From NCBI RefSeq assembly GCF_946479765.1, contig NZ_CAMLHO010000018.1:7877-71876 (forward strand): DNA of 64,000 bases. Direction: 5' to 3'. Of the stretch, positions 19,035 to 29,413 are shown one piece after another. Positions within the stretch are counted from its first letter, which is position 1. The number at the start of each line of letters is the position of its first letter. Source of the DNA: an uncultured Aliivibrio sp. (lineage in GTDB: Bacteria > Pseudomonadota > Gammaproteobacteria > Enterobacterales > Vibrionaceae). A model generated the notes under the pieces. The model saw only the letters and a list, made by a program, of their open reading frames with translations, was not told the origin of the DNA and did no database searches. A program made the position numbers and the translations under genes.

Positions 19035-21137
19035 TTAGTATTTAACTTGTAGTGTCGCCATGTAGTTTCGGCCTTCACCAATAACAACATTTTGTGCACC
19101 ATCTGTTTCATAGCCATTCTTACCTGTTGAACCGCCACCTGCTAGGTAATCTGTATCCAACACGTTTTCAACATTAAAGCGAGCTACGAAGGTTAAATCT
19201 TGGTCATACTTAATTGTATGAGATAAACCTAAATCAAAACGAGTGTAGCCATCTTTCTTAAAGGTATTAGCCGCATCACCGTAACGTTCACCTACATAAA
19301 TCGCACCTAGGTTTGCGTCCGTATTATTTGTGAATGCATAGCGAGTCCAGACTGTTGCTGAGTACTCAGGAACATCCGCAGGACGATTCCCTTGGTATTT
19401 TTCATCTTTTGCATATTCAGCATCTAAATAAGTTGCAGAACCACTCATCGATAATTTCTCAGTGATAAAGCCTTGCAGCGCTAATTCTGCACCACGGTGA
19501 ACACGTTCACCTGATTGCATTTTCTCTTTCTGACCATTACCTAAATCAACATCAATCGTTGAATTTTCTTGAGTAATATCAAATACGGCACCAGATACGA
19601 ACAATTGGTTATCCATTAGCTCCCATTTAGTACCTAGTTCGTATAGTTTACCGCGTAATGGATCTAACTTTTGACCATCATTTACATATTCACTACCAGA
19701 AACTTCACCTTGCATTTCAAAGCTTTCTGAATAAGTTGCGTAAATTGAGCCCGTATCTGTTGGGTGATAAATTACCGCAAATTTAGGAGACGTGGCCTCT
19801 TCAGCTAAACCCTCTTCAACTTGTCGATCAAAACGAACACCCACAAGTGCTTGCCATTGATCATTAAACGTAATCATATCTTGAGCATAGAAGCCCCAGT
19901 TATTGTATTCAGAACTTGTATCACGAGGATCTTTACTTGGATTACGTACAGGAGCCTCAGCTGGTTCACCAACCGTTGCTGTTGTACTGTTGAATGAATA
20001 CTCTAGTCGATCGTAACTGTAACCTAACCAGTTACTGCCGAATAACATTTGGTGGCTTACACCCAATGCATCAAATTCCCCGATAAGATCTATACTTGCT
20101 GTTTGGAATACCCATTTATCAGTACGATCACTACCTCCTTGCGTATAAGTACCTGTAGTTGGGTTATACGTTTCTTCTTTAGGGAAGCTTTCTACATCAT
20201 GACGATTAAAATCTTGATAGTTATAACTTGCATTAACGCGCCATGTGTCAGTTAAATTTGCTGCGACATCGATACCGATATTCTCAACATCATTTTCGAT
20301 TTTTGACCACTGAGCATCCCAGATATGGTCATCACCAATAACGGTTTTTCCGTCTTTAATGTAAGCACCTGAATCTACGCTACCATCATCAATCGTACGG
20401 TCATAATGCAACGATACAGTTACATCTTCTGTTACATCGTAATCCAGAAATAATCCGCCAACAAAACGTTCCGTTGAAGGAACCGTTCCATCACTGTATT
20501 CACGCCATGAGTTGTAAGTTTGTTTTGAAACAATGGCACGACCACGTAATGTTTGGGCATCATTTAATGAACCACTTACATCAGCAGTTGTTCGTGAATT
20601 ATTATTAGAACCCAGATCTTGGCTTATATTTACTTGAGTTTCGTACGTTGGCTTCTTAGCCACCATATTGACGAGACCACCAGGAGCTGATTGACCATAC
20701 AATAAACCTGATGGGCCTTTCAAAACTTCCACACGTTCTAATAATTCAATAGGTTGACGATAATGAGACCAATGCTGTTTTCCATCACGTAAGAAACCAG
20801 AACTACTACTTAACCCAAAACCACGTAAAGTAAATTGCTCACGATTACGGGTTGTAGCACCGGCACCAATACTCGCATCATTCTTCAGCACTTCACCTAA
20901 TGTACTCGCACGTTGCTCATCAATGATTTGCTCATCAATAACCGTTACTTGCCCAGGAGTTTCTAGTTGAGTTGCTTCCATACGCATTGATGTTGAGTTT
21001 GTGTCTGCTTTATAACCGTAATCACGACCAGTAACCACCATGTGCTCATCAGTAGTTGATGCGTCTGTTTCAGCGTAAGCAAGCGGGGTAGATAAAACTG
21101 CGCCAATAACAAGAGCCAACTGACTTTTAGAAAACAT
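19035..21137 (-). CDS. TonB-dependent siderophore receptor
   Basis: Signal peptide, TonB box HMVVTG, plug motifs (VEVLKGPSGLLYG) and a C-terminal beta-barrel ending in aromatic ...LQVKY. Confidence 0.9.
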   Translation of the reverse strand: MFSKSQLALVIGAVLSTPLAYAETDASTTDEHMVVTGRDYGYKADTNSTSMRMEATQLETPGQVTVIDEQIIDEQRASTLGEVLKNDASIGAGATTRNREQFTLRGFGLSSSSGFLRDGKQHWSHYRQPIELLERVEVLKGPSGLLYGQSAPGGLVNMVAKKPTYETQVNISQDLGSNNNSRTTADVSGSLNDAQTLRGRAIVSKQTYNSWREYSDGTVPSTERFVGGLFLDYDVTEDVTVSLHYDRTIDDGSVDSGAYIKDGKTVIGDDHIWDAQWSKIENDVENIGIDVAANLTDTWRVNASYNYQDFNRHDVESFPKEETYNPTTGTYTQGGSDRTDKWVFQTASIDLIGEFDALGVSHQMLFGSNWLGYSYDRLEYSFNSTTATVGEPAEAPVRNPSKDPRDTSSEYNNWGFYAQDMITFNDQWQALVGVRFDRQVEEGLAEEATSPKFAVIYHPTDTGSIYATYSESFEMQGEVSGSEYVNDGQKLDPLRGKLYELGTKWELMDNQLFVSGAVFDITQENSTIDVDLGNGQKEKMQSGERVHRGAELALQGFITEKLSMSGSATYLDAEYAKDEKYQGNRPADVPEYSATVWTRYAFTNNTDANLGAIYVGERYGDAANTFKKDGYTRFDLGLSHTIKYDQDLTFVARFNVENVLDTDYLAGGGSTGKNGYETDGAQNVVIGEGRNYMATLQVKY

Positions 21138-21196
21138 ATTCCATTACCTCCAAATCTTTCATTAATAAAACGGGTGATTAAATTCTGAGGTGAAAT

Positions 21197-21215
21197 ATAA
21201 ATGATAATCGTTTCT
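21197..21215. promoter_or_regulatory. Putative Fur box upstream of the TonB-dependent receptor
   Basis: ATAAATGATAATCGTTTCT matches the GATAATGATAATCATTATC consensus at about 12 of 19 positions, including the central TGATAATC core. It lies about 60 bp upstream of the receptor start. Confidence 0.5.
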
Positions 21216-21465
21216 ATTTGTATTAAATTTACATTCTTTGCATTCGTAAAGTTTTATAAATAGAAAGAGATAGGGCGCAACCAATAAAGATTAAGTTAAT
21301 ACCAAGAAACACCATTATATGAAGCTTTATTAATAGAACTCTCGATTTAGGAACAAAGCTAAACTTATTGACATAAATAGCACTTAATTCATAGAAAAGT
21401 AACACAAAAGTGGTAGTATGCGCGATTGACCATACAAAGAATATGGCTATATCAAGGATCATATT

Positions 21466-22557
21466 ATGAAAAAACGTTATATCGCTTTAATCGCAGCCGT
21501 TGGTATTGCCATTGGTTGGTTAACTCTTGGTGGTACGCAAGCCGTGCTCCACGCCACATCAACCACTGAATTCTGTGTCTCATGTCATACGATGGAAAAA
21601 CCATTACATGAATACCAAGGTTCTGTTCACTTTAGTAACCAAAAAGGCATCCGTGCTGAATGTGCTGATTGCCACATTCCAGAAGAACCTATTGATTACT
21701 TAATTACAAAAATTCGAGCGTCTAAAGACATCTATCACGAGTTTGTTACTGGCAAAATTGACACTGACGAAAAGTATGAAGAACACCGCTTAGCGATGGC
21801 TGAAACTGTCTGGGCTCAAATGCGTGAAAATGACTCTGCTACTTGTCGTTCTTGTCACAGCTTTGATGCAATGGAAACTTACGACCAATCAGCAAGTGCA
21901 CAAAAAATGCATGCTTACGGAAGAGAAAACAACCAAACGTGTATTGATTGTCACAAAGGCGTCGCTCACTTTGCACCACAAGCCACATTAGATACGTCTG
22001 CTTTTGACCACCTTTTCGACATGGCTAAAAATACTAAAGCTGATGCAGAAAAAGTTTATCCTATCGAAAGCATCAAAATGGCTGACTTAGCAACAATCAA
22101 TCCAACGATTGAGCTAACTACCGTAAGTCATGATGAAGGTAAACGCACCGTTACCGTTTCTGGTTACCAAATGAAGGGCGCAGAATCAGTTATCTACATG
22201 GGTGAAGGCCAACGTTCTATCATTGCTAGCCTGACTGATACGGGCATCAAAGCACTAACATTAGGTGACGCAAACACTGATGCTTATGGCAACGAATGGC
22301 GCACTGCCGAGCTAACAGGCACAATCGAAGCGCCTGTTCTTGCCTCTAATCAACCATTATGGGATTACGCAGAAGAGCTAGATAATGTCTACTGTGCAAC
22401 CTGTCACGCAAAAATTCCGGCAAATCACTTCACAGTTAACTCTTGGGGTCCTGTTGCAAAAAGCATGGGCGCACGTACTGATATCTCTGAGCTAAACCTT
22501 GAGATCTTAACTAAATTCTTCCAAAACCACGCGAAAGACGTGGCAACTCATCAATAA
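21466..22557 (+). CDS. torC: Pentahaem c-type cytochrome TorC (NapC/NirT family)
   Basis: N-terminal membrane anchor and five CXXCH motifs (CVSCH, CADCH, CRSCH, CIDCH, CATCH). Confidence 0.9.
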   Translation: MKKRYIALIAAVGIAIGWLTLGGTQAVLHATSTTEFCVSCHTMEKPLHEYQGSVHFSNQKGIRAECADCHIPEEPIDYLITKIRASKDIYHEFVTGKIDTDEKYEEHRLAMAETVWAQMRENDSATCRSCHSFDAMETYDQSASAQKMHAYGRENNQTCIDCHKGVAHFAPQATLDTSAFDHLFDMAKNTKADAEKVYPIESIKMADLATINPTIELTTVSHDEGKRTVTVSGYQMKGAESVIYMGEGQRSIIASLTDTGIKALTLGDANTDAYGNEWRTAELTGTIEAPVLASNQPLWDYAEELDNVYCATCHAKIPANHFTVNSWGPVAKSMGARTDISELNLEILTKFFQNHAKDVATHQ

Positions 22558-22567
22558 GGGAGTGACT

Positions 22568-25021
22568 ATGACTACTATTACTCGTCGCGGCTTTTTAAAA
22601 GGCGCAGGTGCATCAGCGGGTGCATTAGCGATCACGTCAATCGCTCCGTTATCTGTGAACGCCTCTACGCTTGGTCGTACAGATTCATTAATTCTAACTG
22701 CGGGTCGTATGGGTCCATTACTTTGTGAAGTCAAAGATGGTCAGCTTATCTCAACCAAAAGTGGATTAGCGCAAACGGTACCAAACAGCCTACAACAAAC
22801 AGGACCATCACAGGTTTACACCAAAGCACGTGTTAAATACCCAATGGTTCGTAAAGGCTATTTAGAAAACCCAAGTAACCCTCAAGGCCTACGTGGCAGT
22901 GATGAATTTATTCAAGTGTCATGGGATGATGCTTACAAGCTAATCCACGAACAACATATGCGCATTCGTGAAAGCTACGGTCCAGAATCGATCTTTGCAG
23001 GCTCTTACGGTTGGCGTTCAAGTGGTGTGTTACATAAAGCTCAAACACTACTTCAACGTTACATGAGCATGTCTGGTGGTTATGCAGGACACTTAGGTGA
23101 TTACTCAACAGGTGCTGCTCAAGTTATCATGCCACACGTGGTTGGCTCTATTGAAGTATACGAACAACAAACGACTTACCCTGTGATCTTAGAAAGCAGT
23201 GAAGTGGTTGTGTTATGGGGATTGAACCCAATTAACACCTTGAAAATCGCATGGTCTTCAACCGATGGTCAAGGTCTTGAGTTTTTCCACCAACTGAAGA
23301 AATCAGGCAAAACGGTTATTATTATTGACCCTATGCGTTCAGAAACGGCTGAATTCTTTGGTGATAACGCTCAATGGATTGCGCCTAACCCGCAATCTGA
23401 TGTCGCTATGATGATGGGTATTGCTTACCAGTTAATCAAAACACAACAACACGACACGGAATTCCTTACTAAATATACCGTAGGCTTTGAGCAGTTTGAA
23501 GCCTACCTAATGGGTAAAGAAGACGGCATCGAGAAAACCCCACAATGGGCAGAAGCGATCTGTGGCGTTCCTGCAAAACAGATGGAACTACTGGCTAAGA
23601 TCTTCAAAGAAAACCGCACCATGCTAATGGCTGGTTGGGGTATGCAACGTCAGCAATACGGTGAGCAACGTCATTGGATGCTTACCGTTCTTGCTTCAAT
23701 GCTTGGTCAAGTTGGTCTACCGGGCGGTGGTTTTGGTTATTCATACCATTACTCAAATGGCGGTAACCCAACACGTGACGCAGGTGTACTACCAGCAATG
23801 TCTCCATCACTAGGTGCAAGTTCAGCAGGCGGTAATGACTGGGCTGTTCAAGGTTCAGTGACCGCTTTCCCTGTCGCTCGCATTGTTGAATGTTTAGAAA
23901 ATCCGGGAACAGAGTATCAACACAATGGTCATACGCTAACCTTCCCTGAACTAAAAATGATCTGGTGGGCGGGTGGTGCAAACTTTACGCATCACCAAGA
24001 CACGAACCGTTTAATCAAAGCGTGGCAAAAACCTGAACTGATCGTTATTTCAGAACCATATTGGACAGCAGCAGCTAAGCATGCGGATATCGTTCTGCCA
24101 ATCACCACCTCATTTGAGCGTAATGATATGACGATGACGGGTGATTATTCTAACCAACACCTTGTTCCGATGAAGCAAGCGGTTGAGCCTCAACATGAAG
24201 CACGCAGTGATTTAGATGTGTTCGCTGATATGGCCGAACACCTAAAACCAGGTGGCCGAAATGTGTATATGGAAAACAAAACGGAGATGGAATGGCTTCG
24301 TGATTTCTATAAAACAGCACAAAAAGGCGGTCGTAACGCGCGCGTACCTATGATGAATTTCTCTAAGTTCTGGGAAGCGAACAAGCTTATTGAAATGAAG
24401 TGGAACGCGAAGAACGCAGAGTTCATTCGCTTTAGTGATTTCCGTCAAGATCCAATCATGAACCCACTCGGTACTCCAAGTGGTAAGATTGAGATCTTCT
24501 CTAAAACCATCGAAAGTTACAAACTGGATGATTGCCCTCCACACCCAATGTGGATAGAGCCAACAGAGTGGATGTTTAACTACACTGATGGCGAACTACA
24601 GTTAATGACATCGCACTCAGCACACCGTTTGCACAGCCAATTTAACTATGCCGATCTTCGTAAAGAATACGCAGTACAAAACCGTGAGCCTATTACGATT
24701 CACCCAGAAGATGCAAAAGCACGTGGTATTAAAGATGGCGATTTAGTTCGTGCTTATAACCAACGTGGGCAGGTTCTGGTTGGTGCTTTTGTTTCTGATG
24801 GCATCAAAAAAGGCAGCGTCTGTATCCATGAAGGTGCATGGCCTGATTTAGATCCTAAGACGGGTATGTGTAAAAATGGTGGGCCAAACGTGCTGACAAT
24901 GGATATTCCAACGTCTCGTTTAGCCAATGGTAACTGTGGTAACTCTGGTGTCGTGAAAATTGAAAAATTCACTGGTGTTGCTCCAACATTAACAGCGTTC
25001 ACGCCACCAATGAATGGCTAA
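22568..25021 (+). CDS. torA: Trimethylamine-N-oxide reductase, molybdopterin catalytic subunit
   Basis: Twin-arginine signal [17 protein letters not shown] and a molybdopterin oxidoreductase of about 815 aa. ATG at 22568 is preferred over the track's GTG at 22562 because of AAGGGAG spacing. Confidence 0.9.
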   Translation: MTTITRRGFLKGAGASAGALAITSIAPLSVNASTLGRTDSLILTAGRMGPLLCEVKDGQLISTKSGLAQTVPNSLQQTGPSQVYTKARVKYPMVRKGYLENPSNPQGLRGSDEFIQVSWDDAYKLIHEQHMRIRESYGPESIFAGSYGWRSSGVLHKAQTLLQRYMSMSGGYAGHLGDYSTGAAQVIMPHVVGSIEVYEQQTTYPVILESSEVVVLWGLNPINTLKIAWSSTDGQGLEFFHQLKKSGKTVIIIDPMRSETAEFFGDNAQWIAPNPQSDVAMMMGIAYQLIKTQQHDTEFLTKYTVGFEQFEAYLMGKEDGIEKTPQWAEAICGVPAKQMELLAKIFKENRTMLMAGWGMQRQQYGEQRHWMLTVLASMLGQVGLPGGGFGYSYHYSNGGNPTRDAGVLPAMSPSLGASSAGGNDWAVQGSVTAFPVARIVECLENPGTEYQHNGHTLTFPELKMIWWAGGANFTHHQDTNRLIKAWQKPELIVISEPYWTAAAKHADIVLPITTSFERNDMTMTGDYSNQHLVPMKQAVEPQHEARSDLDVFADMAEHLKPGGRNVYMENKTEMEWLRDFYKTAQKGGRNARVPMMNFSKFWEANKLIEMKWNAKNAEFIRFSDFRQDPIMNPLGTPSGKIEIFSKTIESYKLDDCPPHPMWIEPTEWMFNYTDGELQLMTSHSAHRLHSQFNYADLRKEYAVQNREPITIHPEDAKARGIKDGDLVRAYNQRGQVLVGAFVSDGIKKGSVCIHEGAWPDLDPKTGMCKNGGPNVLTMDIPTSRLANGNCGNSGVVKIEKFTGVAPTLTAFTPPMNG

Positions 25022-25050
25022 TATGATTTAGTTCATAACATAAACAACAA

Positions 25051-25084
25051 ACCCGAGCATGTAATGTGCTCGGGTTTATTTTTA
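25051..25084 (+). terminator. Rho-independent terminator after torA
   Basis: ACCCGAGCA-N7-TGCTCGGGT stem followed by a T-rich tract. Confidence 0.8.
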
Positions 25085-25148
25085 TCTTCGCTTTAATATT
25101 TCTTATAACCATTGCTGCAATTCTAAATAATACGAATCTAGGTAAGAA

Positions 25149-26537
25149 CTAAACAGGAAACAACAGTGAGATCCTCAGACCGCCCTCTTTTCGATTCTCA
25201 GCCTTCACTTTCCCCTTCATGACTGACATTGCTTCTTTTACAATCGCGAGTCCTAACCCATAGCCCCCTGATTGCTTATCTCTGGCTGACTCTAAGCGAG
25301 CAAATGGCGCAAAAATATCGTTCAGTTGATGCTCAGGAATACCAAATCCATCATCTTCAACAATAACCGCAATATAATGCAGTTCATTCTCTTGATAACG
25401 GGTGATCAATAATCGAATAGTCGCATTATCGCCCGCGTATTTAATCGCATTGCTAATGAGGTTATTAACACAACGAACTAAAAGACGGCAGTCAACCATC
25501 ACAGCATCTGTCCCAAGTGAAAATCGTGTTTCTAAGATTTGATTCGGTTTTAAATCTGAACGTAATTGCGTAATTTGAGCTTCACAATAACCGTCTAATA
25601 TCAATAATTCTAATTTTGTAGAATAACGCGCGTTCTCTAATTGGCTAAACTCTAAAATCTCGCCAACCAAGTTATTCATTTCTGCCGATTCATTTTCTAA
25701 ACGATCAAGCAAATGCACATGCTCGTTATCCGCTCTCTTTCTTAATAAATGCAATGCCAAGTTATGTCTAGCCAGTGGAGTTCGTAATTCATGAGATACA
25801 TCTCGGATCAGACGTTTTTGCTTCTCAGCAAGAGAATGTATTTCACTCGTCATATTATCAAAGTCATGTGCTAACTCACTAAACTCACGCACTGAATAGC
25901 CTATTTCATCAGCTACCTTAATTGTAAAATCCCCCTTAGATAAACGATGACTCACCTCTCTTAATTTATCTAATGGCTTTTGTAAATAACGAGCAATAAC
26001 CCATGAAAACAATCCTAATATAGCACCAGAGATCAGAATTTTTATAATACTAAAATATAACGAGAAATTACGAGCAGGATGATATTGATACGGCATTTGC
26101 ATCACTATCGTTAATCCATTATTTAATGGGACCCCAATAATAGGTTGATTCACTTCATTAGCAAGCTGGGTATTTAATGGGCGTGAATACTTTAACTTAA
26201 ACTCAAAATGAGGATGCATATCTCTATGTGTAATAGGGCGCTTGTTCTTATCTAGTACAAACAAATAGTATTCTTGAGCATTAGCCCAGTCAGCCAATTC
26301 ATCCATATCCCCTTCATCAATGAGAACATTGGCTTGATAAGCAAGATCCAACATCTCTTCTTGGATTGATGATGGAATACGCAACATCGATTTCATCAAC
26401 GCTATCTCGGCTAAGCTTTGCAGTGAGATAATAAGGAACAAACTCACTGCAAATGCGCTAAATAAGCGAAAAGCTAATCCGTTCTTATGTTTACGTATAA
26501 AGGGAGGGCAAGAGCTGAACCAACGAAGCATTTTCAT
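25149..26537 (-). CDS. Sensor histidine kinase (two TM segments, HAMP, HisKA, HATPase_c)
   Basis: H-box VSHELRTPLAR, N-box and G-box GGYGLGLAIV. Confidence 0.85.
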   Translation of the reverse strand: MKMLRWFSSCPPFIRKHKNGLAFRLFSAFAVSLFLIISLQSLAEIALMKSMLRIPSSIQEEMLDLAYQANVLIDEGDMDELADWANAQEYYLFVLDKNKRPITHRDMHPHFEFKLKYSRPLNTQLANEVNQPIIGVPLNNGLTIVMQMPYQYHPARNFSLYFSIIKILISGAILGLFSWVIARYLQKPLDKLREVSHRLSKGDFTIKVADEIGYSVREFSELAHDFDNMTSEIHSLAEKQKRLIRDVSHELRTPLARHNLALHLLRKRADNEHVHLLDRLENESAEMNNLVGEILEFSQLENARYSTKLELLILDGYCEAQITQLRSDLKPNQILETRFSLGTDAVMVDCRLLVRCVNNLISNAIKYAGDNATIRLLITRYQENELHYIAVIVEDDGFGIPEHQLNDIFAPFARLESARDKQSGGYGLGLAIVKEAMSVMKGKVKAENRKEGGLRISLLFPV

Positions 26538-26550
26538 TCAACCTTATCCA

Positions 26551-27225
26551 TCAACTATTAACCGTTTTTATAAAACTATAACCACGCCCACGCACGGTTT
26601 TAATGTGCTGTTTAGATAAACCAGATTGCAATAATTTACGACGAATATTACTGATATGCATATCTAGATTACGATCGAACGGACACAGTTCTTTCTTGAG
26701 TATATTAATTTGTAGATCTGACTTAGAGACCACGACATCGGCATTATTAATCAAATATTGCAGTAATTCAGACTCAGTTTCAGTCAGTGGTAACCGTAAG
26801 AATTGCTCAGCAAGATCTTCAGTTGCTCCTACATAATTTTGGCGCTGACGCTCTAATCCGACACGACGCAAAATTGCAGTAATACGAGCCAATAACTCAG
26901 GAACATTAAACGGTTTTGCGATAAAATGATCCGCCCCTGCTTGTAAACTATCAAGCATAGAAGCCTCATCACCAAGCGCGGTTAACATAAGGATAGGCGT
27001 GGCAAAACGTTGGCAAATACGGCGTGCCACTTGATAGCCATCAAGCTTGGGAAGCATGACATCTAATAAAACAAGATCAACAGAATGACTCTGAATAAAC
27101 TCTAGAGCACTTTCACCACAATGAACACAATCAACATCGTAGCCTTCATCTTGTAAAACTTCTTGCAATAAATTGCACAACTCAATGTCATCATCGACAA
27201 CTAAAATACGCGACACGCTACTCAC
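26551..27225 (-). CDS. OmpR/PhoB-family response regulator
   Basis: Receiver domain (ILVVDDD..., LLDVMLPKLDG) and a winged-helix C-terminus (TVRGRGYSF). Confidence 0.85.
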   Translation of the reverse strand: MSSVSRILVVDDDIELCNLLQEVLQDEGYDVDCVHCGESALEFIQSHSVDLVLLDVMLPKLDGYQVARRICQRFATPILMLTALGDEASMLDSLQAGADHFIAKPFNVPELLARITAILRRVGLERQRQNYVGATEDLAEQFLRLPLTETESELLQYLINNADVVVSKSDLQINILKKELCPFDRNLDMHISNIRRKLLQSGLSKQHIKTVRGRGYSFIKTVNS

Positions 27226-27306
27226 CAGTTAAATGAAAATCGTTCGCATTCTAATCTTGAGTTCAACGTTGTGCAATAGAACTTTTTACAAAACCCTTAA
27301 TAACCT

Positions 27307-28374
27307 TTAATTAATTATGGCTTTTTGCCAATTTATGTCGACGATACGCTCATCCGCAATGTAATAAATTACATCATCGGTAGATAACACCGTCTCTAAG
27401 CTTGGATTAACTTTGCAACTTTCTGCTTTCTTTTGTATCGCTATAATAATAGCTTCATGCTGTTTTTTAAACGAAGAATAAATAGACTCAACCGTAAACT
27501 CATCAAGTTGGTCAGGCACTTTAATCGAATATTGTGTTTGTCCTTTGTGAGCACTCACTAACTCTGAATGAATAAAGCTTGAGCCTTTATCCATCACAGA
27601 TTTAGCCACTAATTCTGTTGATAGAGAAGAAATACACTCAGAATTCGGACAATATTTATGCAGTAAATCTCGTTTGATTGAATCTTCAAAATGGGCCACT
27701 AAATGGGCGTCACTATTTTGCTCTGCGACAAACAGACTGATGGTTAAAGTGGCATCATCCAAATCAGTATCAACAATCACAGCACTGGCTTTAGATAAGT
27801 TAGAACGCTCCATCTCTATTGCATCAGTAAACGAGTTAACACGCACAAAATGCACATCAGAATCAAAAGGAGACTCTTCATACTCACAAGAGACAACCAC
27901 CACTTCTCGTCGACCTTGTTCTTCACGTTTCAACATTTCAAGCAAATGAGGAGTTCGGGCGCTGTTAATACCAATAACAACAATGTGATTTTCTAAGTTC
28001 AAATTTCGTTTCCCTCTTCGATTTGTACGCCAAAAATCAGTAAAAAACACAGCCATTCGACCTACAGATAATGCAAATAACCCCACTCCACATGGAATAA
28101 TAAACAACGCTGAGAATAATCGACCATGGTCAGTGGTTGGACTTAAATCGCCATAACCGACCGTACTACTTGTGGTAACAATATAGTAAAAAAAACTAGC
28201 TAGATTAGCTGTTAGGTGAGGTTCATTGGCAAAAATTAATCCTAACCAACTTAACGTAATATAACTGATCAGAAGAAACATCAGCGTATACATATTAATC
28301 GCCATAAAGTGCTTATTAATTAAGTTAGCAATGACTTTTAATATCGCGTGCATCGTTATTCCTTCCCTGCCCAT
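27307..28374 (-). CDS. Potassium channel protein (2-TM pore plus cytoplasmic RCK/TrkA-like domain)
   Basis: Selectivity filter TTSSTVGYGDL. The exact start is uncertain (alternative MHAILK... at 28353). Confidence 0.8.
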   Translation of the reverse strand: MGREGITMHAILKVIANLINKHFMAINMYTLMFLLISYITLSWLGLIFANEPHLTANLASFFYYIVTTSSTVGYGDLSPTTDHGRLFSALFIIPCGVGLFALSVGRMAVFFTDFWRTNRRGKRNLNLENHIVVIGINSARTPHLLEMLKREEQGRREVVVVSCEYEESPFDSDVHFVRVNSFTDAIEMERSNLSKASAVIVDTDLDDATLTISLFVAEQNSDAHLVAHFEDSIKRDLLHKYCPNSECISSLSTELVAKSVMDKGSSFIHSELVSAHKGQTQYSIKVPDQLDEFTVESIYSSFKKQHEAIIIAIQKKAESCKVNPSLETVLSTDDVIYYIADERIVDINWQKAIIN

Positions 28375-28403
28375 AATTCTGACCAGTGTAGCGTACTACA
28401 AAA

Positions 28404-29330
28404 TTAACGTACACCTTCTAGCTTTAATAATGCTTGCTGGGTCGGAAGTGCGATCATCGCCCCTTTTTGGGTTGTCGCCAAAGCGCCGCAAATATTTCCC
28501 CACATTACCGCTTTTTGAATCACCGCTTGCTCTTTCCATTCAGTATGCAAAGAAAGCTGCGCTAAAAGACCACATACGAACGCATCACCGGCACCAGTTG
28601 TATCTACAACATCAACAGAGATACCTGAGATAACTTGTTGCTTACCATCAAATACAACTAACGCACCTTTAGCCCCTAAAGTGATCGCTACTAATGGGAT
28701 ATTCAGTGATTCAATAAACGTTAAACCTTGCTGTAAATCCGTTGTATCGGTTAAAAACAATAACTCTTCTTCAGAGAATTTAACCACATCTGCTAATGCG
28801 ACTGCTTTCATCACAACATCTTTAATCTCGGATGGATTTTGCCAAACTTCATCACGTAAATTTGGATCAAAGCTGACAAAACCACCTACAACTTTAATCG
28901 CAACCAGAGCGTGTAATGTAGAACTTCGGCTTGGCTCATTCGCTAACGAAATCGAGCAGGTATGCAACCACTCACCCGCTAAGAAAGAAGGCACGTCCGA
29001 TTTTTCAACAAACTGATCAGCACTTGGCTTTACCATAAACGTAAACGTTCGCTCGCCACTTTCATCAAGATCAACTAACACTGTTGATGTTCTTTGTGCT
29101 GCATCCATATGTAAATGAGTAATATCTACGCCTTCTAGAGCCAAAGTCTCTCGCATAAAAGCGCCAAATGGGTCATGACCAACACGTCCAAAGAAGGCAC
29201 AATCACCTTCTAAACGAGCAATACCAACAGCCACATTGGCAGGAGCACCTCCTGGGCATTTCAAATAGGTATTTACTGTTTCTGGGATCAGATCCACCAC
29301 GGCATCACCAGTTAACCAAACTTTATTCAT
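28404..29330 (-). CDS. scrK: Fructokinase (PfkB family)
   Basis: MNKVWLTGDAVVDL... and DTTGAGDAFVCGL motifs. Downstream of scrA in the sucrose cluster. Start moved from 29372 to 29330. Confidence 0.8.
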   Translation of the reverse strand: MNKVWLTGDAVVDLIPETVNTYLKCPGGAPANVAVGIARLEGDCAFFGRVGHDPFGAFMRETLALEGVDITHLHMDAAQRTSTVLVDLDESGERTFTFMVKPSADQFVEKSDVPSFLAGEWLHTCSISLANEPSRSSTLHALVAIKVVGGFVSFDPNLRDEVWQNPSEIKDVVMKAVALADVVKFSEEELLFLTDTTDLQQGLTFIESLNIPLVAITLGAKGALVVFDGKQQVISGISVDVVDTTGAGDAFVCGLLAQLSLHTEWKEQAVIQKAVMWGNICGALATTQKGAMIALPTQQALLKLEGVR

Positions 29331-29413
29331 AATCATCTTCACTCTTACAAAGGACCCCGACGGCAAAACCATCGAGGCAAGTCATAATAGGATTATAAGG
29401 GATTTATAATCTA

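Noticed and set aside
21229-21462. 77-aa hydrophobic minus-strand ORF abutting the torC start
   Set aside because: It occupies the entire AT-rich torC/receptor promoter region, would leave no room for either promoter, and has no SD. Its hydrophobicity is what AT-rich DNA yields by chance.
25149-27225. Assignment of the adjacent two-component system as TorS/TorR
   Set aside because: The kinase is a 462-aa classical HAMP-HisKA-HATPase protein, not the ~900-aa hybrid TorS, and no TorT-like binding protein is present. Proximity to torCA alone is insufficient.
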